From positions 2,515,371-2,579,370 of the forward strand of contig OZ245740.1 of NCBI GenBank assembly GCA_965227305.1: a DNA stretch of 64,000 nucleotides. The letters are read 5' to 3'. The position numbers and the translations under genes were made by a program. Positions within the stretch are counted from its first letter, which is position 1. Every line of letters starts with the position of its first letter. Positions 28,019 through 36,137 of the stretch are shown piece by piece. The notes beneath the pieces are model-generated. The model was not told the DNA's origin. It made no database searches and saw only the letters and a list, made by a program, of their open reading frames with translations. Source of the stretch: Limisphaerales bacterium (GTDB taxonomy: Bacteria > Verrucomicrobiota > Verrucomicrobiia > Limisphaerales > AAA164-E04).

Positions 28019-28810
28019 ATGAAAAACAAAACGGCACTCATCACCGGAGCCTCCACGGGAATTGGACGAGAACTCGCTCGCATTCACGCTGAAGAAGGGG
28101 GCGACCTCGTCATCGTGGCTCGCAACGAAAACAAGCTCGTAGCGCTGAAACAGGAACTTGAGGAAAAGCATTCGGTCACGGTGACGGTGATCGCGAAAGA
28201 CCTCACTCAGCCCACTGCCGCTCGGGAGCTCTTCGAAGAAGTGCAGTCGGCCGGGCTTAAGATTGACTATCTTATCAACAATGCCGGATTCGGAGGCCAC
28301 GGCAAATTCCACGAACGCGAGTGGGAACAAGATCTCGCGATGATCCAACTGAATGTCGTAACCCTGACAGCGCTCTGTCGTTTCTTCCTCCCCGAGTTCG
28401 TCGAACGAAACTCCGGCCGCATTCTAAACGTTTCCTCGACGGCCAGTCTAACACCGGGCGGCCCGCTACAAGCCGTCTACTTCGCCACCAAGCACTTTGT
28501 GACCGGAATCAGCTACGGTATTGCAACCGAACTCGCCGAGACCGACGTCACCGTAACCGCCTTGCTCCCCGGCGCCACCGCAACGGAGTTCGCCAACACG
28601 TCAGGGATGGACCAAACCAAACTCTTCGAACAAGCCGGATCTGCTCGATCCGTCGCGGAGGACGGCTATCGTGGAATGGTCACCGGAAAGCTCTCGGTGG
28701 TATCCGGCCTAACGTTCGCCCAAACGCTCATGATGAAAGCCGTTCCCATCACTCCCAAGAAGATGCTCCTAAACCAAATTCTCAAAATGCAGGAAGCCGA
28801 TAAGAACTAA
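28019..28810 (+). CDS. Classical short-chain dehydrogenase/reductase (SDR)
   Basis: The motifs are TGASTGIGRELA, NNAG and the catalytic Y-x-x-x-K in YFATKHFV. The gene is divergent from the AraC regulator. Confidence 0.9.
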   Translation: MKNKTALITGASTGIGRELARIHAEEGGDLVIVARNENKLVALKQELEEKHSVTVTVIAKDLTQPTAARELFEEVQSAGLKIDYLINNAGFGGHGKFHEREWEQDLAMIQLNVVTLTALCRFFLPEFVERNSGRILNVSSTASLTPGGPLQAVYFATKHFVTGISYGIATELAETDVTVTALLPGATATEFANTSGMDQTKLFEQAGSARSVAEDGYRGMVTGKLSVVSGLTFAQTLMMKAVPITPKKMLLNQILKMQEADKN

Positions 28811-28862
28811 CGATTGAGCCAATCGGTAAACGTCCCTCTCCACCCAAGTAGCAAGGCAAAGC

Positions 28863-29741
28863 ATGTTCGGTACAATGATTTCCAACATGATGATCAAACC
28901 CGGTGTTTCACCCGTGTTCGATCATCCGAATAATCACGACCTCGACTATGAAGACGTGTCATTTAAGAACGCCAACGAAACCACCCTTCGCGGATGGCTC
29001 ATCAAAGGAGGGACGGACAAGCTTGTTATCCAAACCCATTTCGGCGTTCAATGCAGTCGAGCCGGCTATACGCCGACCGGCAAGGGGCTCATAAAAATGT
29101 GGCCCGAAAATATCTCATTCCTACGCCAAGCCAAGCACTTGACCCAACTCGGATACAGCGTCTTGATGTATGACCTCAGCAACCACGGCGAAAGCGATCC
29201 GGGCTCGTGTCCTTGGATCTCGTGGGGACCGAACGAAGCCGCTGACGTAATCGCCGCCGTTCAATTCATTACCGAACATCCGAACTACCGGAACGCCAGC
29301 ATTGGACTCCTAAGCATCTGCATGGGTGCGGTTGCTAGTACTTACGCTTACGGTATGGGCGACGACGGATTGCGTCGCTCCCCCAACGTGAAGGCCATGA
29401 TTTCCGTACAGCCCCTGCACTACAACGAGTTCGTCAAAGCTTTCGGAATCCCGGCGTTCATGAATCGGCAAGGCCTCAAGATATCCAAGGAACGTCTCGG
29501 CTTCGATCTCGCAGGCAAGACCTTTATGCAAGCCGTTCCCTCGATTTCCGTCCCCACCCTCGTCCTCCAAAACGAAAACGATCCGTGGACCGACATCGCG
29601 TTCGTCCGAGACTACTTCAATCGACTCACAACCGAGAAAGAGCTCCTCCTGCCAAAACTATCCAACAAACGAGCTGCCGCCTATGATTACCTCGTTACTC
29701 ATCCAAGAGTAATCTCTGACTTCTTCAGCCCGCACCTGTAA
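28863..29741 (+). CDS. Alpha/beta hydrolase-fold protein with a probable Cys nucleophile
   Basis: It has the length and pattern of an alpha/beta hydrolase. The nucleophile-elbow position reads LLSICMGAV (Sm-x-Cys-x-Sm, dienelactone-hydrolase-like) rather than G-x-S-x-G. Confidence 0.7.
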   Translation: MFGTMISNMMIKPGVSPVFDHPNNHDLDYEDVSFKNANETTLRGWLIKGGTDKLVIQTHFGVQCSRAGYTPTGKGLIKMWPENISFLRQAKHLTQLGYSVLMYDLSNHGESDPGSCPWISWGPNEAADVIAAVQFITEHPNYRNASIGLLSICMGAVASTYAYGMGDDGLRRSPNVKAMISVQPLHYNEFVKAFGIPAFMNRQGLKISKERLGFDLAGKTFMQAVPSISVPTLVLQNENDPWTDIAFVRDYFNRLTTEKELLLPKLSNKRAAAYDYLVTHPRVISDFFSPHL

Positions 29742-29790
29742 CCGTTCGCGCAAACCCGCATAGCCGACCAAGTAAAGCCGTCCTGGGTTT

Positions 29791-29995
29791 GTTTCCGGAA
29801 GGTGGGGCGAGCGTACCCGCGAGCCGTTCGTGACGACGGTGACCATCTGAAAAAAGCCGTCCCATGCGCACCCACAGCACTCGCCAATCCTTGGGGCCTT
29901 GGGGGTCCTACCACGGTGCGCCTTGATCCTATTAGGGAAGAGAACATCCCTTGTGACGACGGCTCGCGGGTACGCTCGCCCTACCATCCGGAAAC
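29791..29995. repeat. MITE-like intergenic repeat, copy 3 (most complete, ~43-bp terminal inverted repeats)
   Basis: The left end is GTTTCCGGAAGGTGGGGCGAGCGTACCCGCGAGCCGTTCGTGAC. The reverse complement of the right end is GTTTCCGGATGGTAGGGCGAGCGTACCCGCGAGCCGTCGTCAC. The core is homologous to copy 2. Confidence 0.75.
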
Positions 29996-30039
29996 GAGAA
30001 GGACTTGCGGGTTGGCCTCCCTTCTCTGAAGATAGGCGC

Positions 30040-31404
30040 ATGAGCAGCCAAGCACCTCCCTCCTCAGATTCCGAAGTAGGTCTTGGTATCAAACAACCGC
30101 CGACGTCCCTGAAAGGCACTCTGTCCGAGTTGGGACCGGCAATGATTCTCTCCGCCTCGGTGGTGGGTTCAGGAGAGTTAATCATGACCACCACCCTGGG
30201 CGCACAGGCCGGGTTTGTCGCTCTGTGGGTAATCATCCTCAGTTGCTTGGTCAAAGTCTGCGTCCAACTCGAATTCGGCAAGCATGCCGTTCATACGGGC
30301 GAGACCACCATGCACGCCCTCAACCGCCTCCCTGGCCCTCGGATCGGCCGGATCAACTGGACGCTCTGGATGTGGTTTGTTGTCCAACTGGTTATCTTTG
30401 TGCAATACGGTGGGATCGTCGAAGGGGTTGCCCAAGCACTCAACATCGCCCTTCCGGGAATCCCGGTTTGGGCTTGGGCTTGCCTGGCCGGTGGCCTTAC
30501 CGCAGCCCTGGTTTCGCTGGGCTACTATCGCCTGATCCAAGGAGTTTCCATTGCCCTGATGCTGGCGTTTACGGTGTTCACGTTGATTTGTGTCGGACTA
30601 CTTCAAACTACGGAATACGCGATCAGTGCAGAACAAATCGGAACCGGTCTCAGCTTCTCACTACCCGGAGCGGCGTTGGGAGCCGCCGTGGCCGCCTTCG
30701 GCCTCACGGGTGTCGGGGCTTCCGAGATCATCGCCTATCCTTATTGGTGCTTGGAGAAAGGCTACGCAGCCTATACCGGACCTCGCGAAGAATCTAGCGC
30801 CTGGCGTCAGCGAGCGCGGGGTTGGATTCGCGTGATGTATTGGGACGCCGCTCTTTCCATGCTCGTCTACACCATCGTTACGGCGGCCTTCTACGTCCTC
30901 GGCGCCGCCGTGCTCCACGGACGCGGCGAGGCCCCTCAAGGATCCGAGATGATCCGTTCCTTGTCTCGGGTATACACCGAGTCCGCGGGTTCTGGCGCCA
31001 TGACCTTGTTTCTAGTCGGAGCCATCGTCGTCTTGTTTTCAACGCTGTTTGCTGGCTCAGCGGCCTGGACTCGTATGTTCAGCGATGCTTTTGCGGAAGC
31101 CGGTCTCTTGGACTACTCCGATCGGCGTCAACGCGGGAGATGGATTGCGGCGTTCGCCTGGTTCTTCCCCCTGGCCTGGACCGTCCTCGGACTCACATTC
31201 AAGGCCCCCGTTGCCATGGTCGCGGCTGGCGGCATTGCCAACGCCGCCCTGCTCCTTCTCGTGGTCTACGCCGCTTGGGTCTTTCGCTACCACCGGCTCG
31301 TTCCCGAACTCCGCCCCGGGCGGCTCTACGACAGTTTGTTATGGATCAGTATCCTCGCCGTGGCCAGCGTCGGGCTCCTCGCTATTGGCAAGCTGTTCTT
31401 CTGA
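30040..31404 (+). CDS. Nramp-family (MntH-like) divalent metal transporter-like membrane protein
   Basis: It has 11-12 TM segments. The N-terminal pattern LGPAMILSASVVGSGELIMTTTLGAQAGFVALWVIILS is typical of Nramp-related permeases. The start is ATG 30040; the track ORF start at 29899 runs through the repeat. Confidence 0.75.
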   Translation: MSSQAPPSSDSEVGLGIKQPPTSLKGTLSELGPAMILSASVVGSGELIMTTTLGAQAGFVALWVIILSCLVKVCVQLEFGKHAVHTGETTMHALNRLPGPRIGRINWTLWMWFVVQLVIFVQYGGIVEGVAQALNIALPGIPVWAWACLAGGLTAALVSLGYYRLIQGVSIALMLAFTVFTLICVGLLQTTEYAISAEQIGTGLSFSLPGAALGAAVAAFGLTGVGASEIIAYPYWCLEKGYAAYTGPREESSAWRQRARGWIRVMYWDAALSMLVYTIVTAAFYVLGAAVLHGRGEAPQGSEMIRSLSRVYTESAGSGAMTLFLVGAIVVLFSTLFAGSAAWTRMFSDAFAEAGLLDYSDRRQRGRWIAAFAWFFPLAWTVLGLTFKAPVAMVAAGGIANAALLLLVVYAAWVFRYHRLVPELRPGRLYDSLLWISILAVASVGLLAIGKLFF

Positions 31405-31427
31405 GATCGACACCACCCCCAGGCGTC

Positions 31428-32594
31428 TCAGACTTCAAACGGAGCCAGCTTTTCCCAATTGAATGTGACACCGGTGCCCGGTTCGTCGGACGCAACCGCA
31501 CGGGAATCGCGCACGACCAAGGGACGCAACGTGTATTCATCAATCGGGAAACTATGTACCTCAAGCCACCCCGCATTGGATTGTGCGGATACTAAACCCA
31601 CGTGCAACTCCTGCATCCCATGAGAACAGCACGGGATCCCCACGAGCCGGGATCGTTCAGCCACTCGCAGCCACCCACTGATCCCACCACAATTCGAAGC
31701 ATCCGGTTGGATGTAAGACAGTCGAGCTTGGTCAAAGGCATAACCAAACTCGTGAATCGTATGCAGGTTTTCCCCCATCGCCAACGGGATCCCAGTCGCC
31801 TCCGCGATCCGCGCATAACCCTGGTAATCATCCGGAATCGTGGGTTCTTCGAACCAAAGCACGTCAAACTCTTGAAAGCGCTTTGCGGCCTCGATGGCTC
31901 GATCCACGCTATACGCGTAGTTGGCATCCACCATGAACGCAGCGTCCGGCCCCAACAAATCCCGAACGGCTCGCACGCGTTCGACATCGTCATCCAACTG
32001 CTCCCGCCCTACTTTGATCTTCGCCGCAGGAATCCCGCGATCAACATACCCCCGAACTTGCGAAAGCAACTTGTCTAACGAGAAGTCGAGATCGATGCCC
32101 CCACAATACGCCCGACACGTCGAATCGGCTCCCCCAGCCATTTGCCACAGCGGTGCCCCCAACCGCCGTCCGCGAATGTCCCACAGGGCAATATCAAGGG
32201 CCGACATGGCAAAAGAAGCAACCCCGCCGCGACCAACATAATGGATCAACCATTCCATCGCCTCATAGATCGACTCCAGCTCTCCCCCGTCCCGTCCAAT
32301 CAACTCCGGAGCGAGATCCGATTCAATCATTGCTCGGATCGCACGGCCACCTTTCCCTCCGGTATAAGTGTAGCCCGTGCCTTCACTGCCATCTTCAAGC
32401 CGCACCGTCGTGGTGATCAATTCAAAGTGGGTGTGTGCGGGATGCTTTGCGTCGGCCAAGGGTTCTTGCAACGGCACCTCAAACAACCGCACCTCGATCG
32501 AAGCGATCTTCGATTTCGGAAGGGCACTGAACTCCGCATCTGCCATGGAAGGACCAGTCTGCAAAAATCCGCCCCGTTCGGCGACCCTTTTCAA
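31428..32594 (-). CDS. Enolase-superfamily enzyme (mandelate racemase/muconate lactonizing enzyme family)
   Basis: The motifs are [20 protein letters not shown] and AMGENL. The start may be the internal Met at 32546. Confidence 0.85.
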   Translation of the reverse strand: MKRVAERGGFLQTGPSMADAEFSALPKSKIASIEVRLFEVPLQEPLADAKHPAHTHFELITTTVRLEDGSEGTGYTYTGGKGGRAIRAMIESDLAPELIGRDGGELESIYEAMEWLIHYVGRGGVASFAMSALDIALWDIRGRRLGAPLWQMAGGADSTCRAYCGGIDLDFSLDKLLSQVRGYVDRGIPAAKIKVGREQLDDDVERVRAVRDLLGPDAAFMVDANYAYSVDRAIEAAKRFQEFDVLWFEEPTIPDDYQGYARIAEATGIPLAMGENLHTIHEFGYAFDQARLSYIQPDASNCGGISGWLRVAERSRLVGIPCCSHGMQELHVGLVSAQSNAGWLEVHSFPIDEYTLRPLVVRDSRAVASDEPGTGVTFNWEKLAPFEV

Positions 32595-32728
32595 TCATGC
32601 TGTCACGACAGGGCCCAGAATAAAATCGAACGACCTCGCAACAAATGCAAAACGAGCTGTTGATCGGTGCCCAACCATGCGGGGCAGCCGAACCAACAGC
32701 AACGTTTCAAAACAGGCGAACTCGGATC

Positions 32729-34288
32729 TTAACGATTACTCAACTGCTCCTGGACCTCGGACGCCTTTATCAACTGAACCGCTCCGGCGGCTGTGTAACA
32801 GGCTAGTCGGCCGTCCTGAACCTCCTGTTCGTCATACAACAAGACCAGCATCAACCCGTCCTCCACCGACCTTGGAACCGTCACCCCGGTCCCAACGTAT
32901 CGATACGGTTTCTCGGTCAACATCGAGACGGCTTTCTCCGACTCTTTCAGAAAATCATCCTCATAGAGCTGACTCAAGCGTTCCGGGAACTTCGAATCGT
33001 TCTTGGCCGCATAACGCTGGATCGCCTTCCCGATACGCATCAATCTTTGGATATTCCCTCCGAGATCAGTGTTTTGACGCAACCCATTCAGCGTCATCCT
33101 CGCCAGCATCACGTCACGACCCGCGCGAAAAAGTTCCGGCGACGCCACCATGGCTTTTTCGACGTCCGTCAATTTGGAAACCCACGGGCCCGCGTCGCGT
33201 TCTTCGGCACCCACACCGGTAAGGTAGCCAAGGATCGCATCGCTCTTTGGAATCGCCAATGCCAGCAACCTTTCACTCGCACTCTCAAGGCGTTGTTTGG
33301 CGGCTCCGAAGTCCGGGTGCGCTTCAACTCCGGAATACAACCGAAGCTGGCGGACAAACTCCTCCGTCTCGCTCTCTGTGACAGCCAGGGCCGTCGAGAT
33401 CAAACTCGGCAGACTGCGGGCAACTTGCATACCCATCGGCCCGTCATCAATTCCAGGCCACGAGATCGCCACACTCACGAGAGCTTGAGCCACTGCGGCA
33501 TAGCTGTTCATCTCCGGCGCCTTCTCCAAAGCGGCCAATTCCGCCTTGAAGCGAAAGCTGGTCTGCAAAGCGCGATCGGCATATTCCCGGGTGTAAAAGT
33601 TTCCGACATAGAGTTGCCCTGCCAGGGTTAACAAAAGGTCTGCGGCCTCACGGCGTCGTCCGTCCCCGTCTCGGTAAGCCAGCGTCGTCAGAGCGACTAC
33701 CGTCTCTTGCATGCTCTTGGTAGAAAAGCCCCGTTTCCGAGAGGCCAACCAACTGATCGCACCCAGACGTTCGCGAGGGTTAAATCCTAACGATTGCAAG
33801 GCTTGCTTGAGTCCAGCGCTCGTCAATGCCTCGTAACAGCGGATTTCTTTACAAGCCGCCCCACGTCGAAACGCCGCCAACGCCTCGTCATCTCGGTTTT
33901 CCCGAAACGCCAGATTGCCGGCGAGGTAGTGTCCCAATCCGTTCTCAGGATCCAGGGTTACCAAGGCTTCCACCAAGGCCGGGTTGATCTCATCCAACAT
34001 CACCTGTAAAACGCCATGAGCCCGCCTGAGCTCCTTTTCTGAGGTAGGCAGTTCTCGGCCGATTTCGGCCCGCACCGGACTCCCCCCCGGTGCCAGATAG
34101 GCCAGGCCCAAGCGAATTTTCGGATCGCTCACGGTCGCCAAATGATCGCGAAGCGCGGCGGGCGCGAGCGCTTTATTCACCGAGGCAACATACGCGGGGT
34201 ATCGGGACATTTGCTGCGTATGTGCCAGCCAAGTGGCGGACAACAATAACAGCCCAAGTAACAATCTGAGTATCAATTTCATGTTCAA
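32729..34288 (-). CDS. Secreted hypothetical protein (helical-repeat-like), last gene of the ECF sigma/anti-sigma operon
   Basis: It is a 519-aa ORF with the signal peptide MNMKLILRLLLGLLLLSATWLAHT. I recognise no family. It lies 27 nt downstream of the anti-sigma gene. Confidence 0.6.
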   Translation of the reverse strand: MNMKLILRLLLGLLLLSATWLAHTQQMSRYPAYVASVNKALAPAALRDHLATVSDPKIRLGLAYLAPGGSPVRAEIGRELPTSEKELRRAHGVLQVMLDEINPALVEALVTLDPENGLGHYLAGNLAFRENRDDEALAAFRRGAACKEIRCYEALTSAGLKQALQSLGFNPRERLGAISWLASRKRGFSTKSMQETVVALTTLAYRDGDGRRREAADLLLTLAGQLYVGNFYTREYADRALQTSFRFKAELAALEKAPEMNSYAAVAQALVSVAISWPGIDDGPMGMQVARSLPSLISTALAVTESETEEFVRQLRLYSGVEAHPDFGAAKQRLESASERLLALAIPKSDAILGYLTGVGAEERDAGPWVSKLTDVEKAMVASPELFRAGRDVMLARMTLNGLRQNTDLGGNIQRLMRIGKAIQRYAAKNDSKFPERLSQLYEDDFLKESEKAVSMLTEKPYRYVGTGVTVPRSVEDGLMLVLLYDEQEVQDGRLACYTAAGAVQLIKASEVQEQLSNR

Positions 34289-34315
34289 TATGGATTCCTA
34301 AGCCCTTCCCAGAGC

Positions 34316-34834
34316 CTAGATGCGGTTATCGATTTCCAAAGGGACATGGCGCACAACTTCTTCCAGCGGAATCAGAGGAATCCGACGTTCACGGTTGGGA
34401 GCTGCCCATCGTTCGAATTCACCGTCGTCGTTTCTCCGTTGTTGTTCGCTGAGTTCCACGCTTGTTTCCCCGTTAGGGTGACCCGTCTCGACGGGCCCCT
34501 CCACTTCCGACACCCTGACCTCCGTATTCGGTTTGTTGAGTAGGTTCGGAAAATTCAATAGTCCCCAGGCAAGCACCAAGAGTCCCGCAACCAAGGCCGC
34601 CAGGCTTCCCCACGCAACTCCCGGTCGCGCCGGAAGATCCAACTCAACTGGATTCCGGGAGATTGCGATGGTCTCAAAACTCGCCCGTCCGAAATGATTC
34701 AGCTCTGCGAACGCTTCGACCACACCCCGACACGCGGCACAAGCATTCAAGTGCGCTTCGATTGGTTCACTAGCATTGATATCAAGCTCTCCGTCGACAT
34801 AGGCGACGAGCTCAGATTCCTTTGGGCATGACAT
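34316..34834 (-). CDS. Anti-sigma factor, zf-HC2 type, single TM
   Basis: It starts MSCPKESELVAYVDGELD...HLNACAACRGVV, which carries the H-x3-C-x2-C motif, and has the TM segment WGSLAALVAGLLVLAWGLL. The start at 34834 overlaps the sigma gene end; the track start at 34930 was rejected. Confidence 0.75.
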   Translation of the reverse strand: MSCPKESELVAYVDGELDINASEPIEAHLNACAACRGVVEAFAELNHFGRASFETIAISRNPVELDLPARPGVAWGSLAALVAGLLVLAWGLLNFPNLLNKPNTEVRVSEVEGPVETGHPNGETSVELSEQQRRNDDGEFERWAAPNRERRIPLIPLEEVVRHVPLEIDNRI

Positions 34835-35351
34835 TTTGCTCCTTTGGTAATTCTTCCTGCGTATGAAGGAGGCGACGAAGCCGGGATTTCGCTTCGAACA
34901 ACGTCGCCTTGACCGTACCCACCGAAACATCGAGGGCCTTCGCGATCTCTGGGTAACTTAAGTCTTCTAAAAAATGCAAGGTGATCATCTCGCGCTGACG
35001 AGACGGCAACGAACGGACGGAATCCAGCAGCTGGCGATTGCGCTCTTGCCTCATCAAAGACCGGTCCGCCGAAGGCAAACATTCCGGAAACAAGATTGGA
35101 TCCCCCTCGTCCAGTTTACGGAGCCGAGACCGGTTTACCCGCGTCGCAGTCCGAACCAGAATTCGGTAGCTCCAACTAAAAAAAGACGACTCGCCACGAA
35201 ACTTGCCGAAGGCTCGATAGGCTGCCACCAAGGTCTCTTGAACCACATCTTCAACATCCATCTTGGAAGCGCATAGGACACTGGCCGCCCGGCGTAGCGG
35301 GGCATAGGCGGCGGCGGCCTCGGATTCAAAGCTGCGTCTCTCGGCGTTCAT
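34812..35351 (-). CDS. ECF sigma factor (RpoE-like)
   Basis: Region 2 reads DVVQETLVAAYRAFGKF and region 4 reads LPSRQREMITLHFLEDLSYPEIAKALDVSVGTVKATLFEAKSRL. Confidence 0.9.
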   Translation of the reverse strand: MNAERRSFESEAAAAYAPLRRAASVLCASKMDVEDVVQETLVAAYRAFGKFRGESSFFSWSYRILVRTATRVNRSRLRKLDEGDPILFPECLPSADRSLMRQERNRQLLDSVRSLPSRQREMITLHFLEDLSYPEIAKALDVSVGTVKATLFEAKSRLRRLLHTQEELPKEQNVMPKGI

Positions 35352-35544
35352 TCCTCACATTCAGCGTTTCCGTTCATGAGGTTAGTGCGAGTAAGGGGAC
35401 AAAAGGTTTAGTTCGAAAGCAGAAAATCCTCAGCGATCTGTTCTCACGGATTCCGAGATGGCCAGCCTGATTCAAAGCGGTTCAACTTTTTCTTCAAAAC
35501 CGGTTGACGAATACAAACAATAGCGTTACTCCTATTTACGTTCG

Positions 35545-35718
35545 ATGGAGGTTTACACACACCGTTTCAAAATCATGAGATTGCCATATACATTGTTGCC
35601 GCTGGAAGGAACCAGCCGACGTCGTCGTTCTGACATGTATACCGGATCGGATTCCCATCGGCTCGAACATATTGAAGAACATGATTCCGAACCCGAGGAC
35701 CGGGAGGCAAACAGGTAG
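35545..35718 (+). CDS. Small ORF (57 aa; or 47 aa from ATG 35575), highly charged, uncertain
   Basis: My translation is MEVYTHRFKIMRLPYTLLPLEGTSRRRRSDMYTGSDSHRLEHIEEHDSEPEDREANR*. It is below the ORF-track cutoff and is followed 26 nt later by a strong intrinsic terminator. It could instead be a non-coding transcript. Confidence 0.2.
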   Translation: MEVYTHRFKIMRLPYTLLPLEGTSRRRRSDMYTGSDSHRLEHIEEHDSEPEDREANR

Positions 35719-35743
35719 GCCTATTTTCACTGGCTTTTGAAGA

Positions 35744-35775
35744 CCCTGTTTGCCTGAGTGCAAACAGGGTTTTTT
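35744..35775 (+). terminator. Rho-independent terminator
   Basis: The stem is CCCTGTTTGC (35744-35753) with loop CTGAGT and GCAAACAGGG (35760-35769). It is a 10-bp perfect stem followed by TTTTTT (35770-35775). Confidence 0.65.
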
Positions 35776-35819
35776 GTTTCCGTTCCTAACTTGGAATCAA
35801 TCACGCGTTCGTCCCGAAG

Positions 35820-35892
35820 AGCGGGGTGAAGGAGCTTCGGGTGAGATTCATAAGCTCAACCCCTGCGGGTGCAACTCCCGCCCCCGCGACCA
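35820..35892 (+). tRNA. Aberrant tRNA-Met/initiator-like gene (anticodon CAT), CCA encoded
   Basis: The 5' end AGCGGGGTG and 3' end CCCCGCGACCA resemble the initiator tRNA ends, with an A1/G72 mismatch. The T-arm is GCGGG-TGCAACT-CCCGC and the anticodon loop is TTCATAA. However, the D-arm is a mini-hairpin (GAAG-GAG-CTTC) and the anticodon helix is extended and bulged (GGGTGAG / CTCA-A-CCC). Confidence 0.4.
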
Positions 35893-35899
35893 CAATACC

Positions 35900-35986
35900 G
35901 AGGCGTGATCCATCTGCCGGACTGTAAATCCGGCGTCTTGAAACAAGGTGGAAGCCAGACGATTGGAGCATTACCAACACGCCTCA
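35900..35986 (+). ncRNA. tRNA-Tyr-like structured element (anticodon-arm mimic with GTA), non-canonical
   Basis: An 8-bp closing stem pairs GAGGCGTG with CACGCCTC, followed by A. The perfect anticodon-type arm is GCCGGA-CTGTAAA-TCCGGC, and the variable-arm-like hairpin is CTTG-AAA-CAAG. There is no D-arm and the T-arm is poor (TTGG-AGCATTA-CCAA). Confidence 0.3.
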
Positions 35987-35995
35987 GTGATTTAT

Positions 35996-36071
35996 GGACT
36001 CGTAGCTCAATCAGCAGAGCCACCCGTTGTCTGCGGGAAGGTTGAGGGTGCAACTCCCTTCGAGTCCGCCA
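35996..36071 (+). tRNA. tRNA-Asp (GTC) with A18/G55 elbow, CCA encoded
   Basis: The parse is GGACTCG TA GCTC AATCAGCA GAGC C ACCCG TTGTCTG CGGGA AGGTT GAGGG TGCAACT CCCTT CGAGTCC G CCA. The acceptor and D stems are perfect and the discriminator is G73. Oddities are an A27/A43 mismatch and T37. Confidence 0.7.
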
Positions 36072-36076
36072 GTTTC

Positions 36077-36112
36077 CCCTTGGGGGTTCGGTTGAAAGCG
36101 AACCCCCAAGGG
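36077..36112 (+). other. Perfect 14-bp hairpin in the spacer of the tRNA array
   Basis: CCCTTGGGGGTTCG, loop GTTGAAAG, CGAACCCCCAAGGG. It is followed by ATGCAAC, which resembles the array's T-loop (TGCAACT) without a 3' stem. Confidence 0.6.
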
Positions 36113-36137
36113 ATGCAACCAAGAGAATTGAATTTAA

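Noticed and set aside
29899-30039. The N-terminal extension of the Nramp ORF, together with ORFs 29658..30281 and 29802..30029
   Set aside because: All are translations of MITE copy 3 (ARGYARPT / GRAYPRAV peptides), not genes.
35504-35538. A sigma-70 promoter for the small transcript (TTGACG at 35504-35509)
   Set aside because: No acceptable -10 hexamer lies at 16-19 bp spacing (TACTCC at 17 bp; TATTTA only at 23 bp). It is too weak to call.
35590-35625. Possible SRP (4.5S) RNA, because CTGGAAGGAACCAGCC resembles the conserved CCGGAAGGAAGCAGCC of helix 8
   Set aside because: The flanks cannot form the long SRP hairpin. The local fold is simply GCTGG-AAGGAA-CCAGC, the conserved AGCA is changed to ACCA, and the 5' strand does not pair with the 3' strand as it does in 4.5S RNA.
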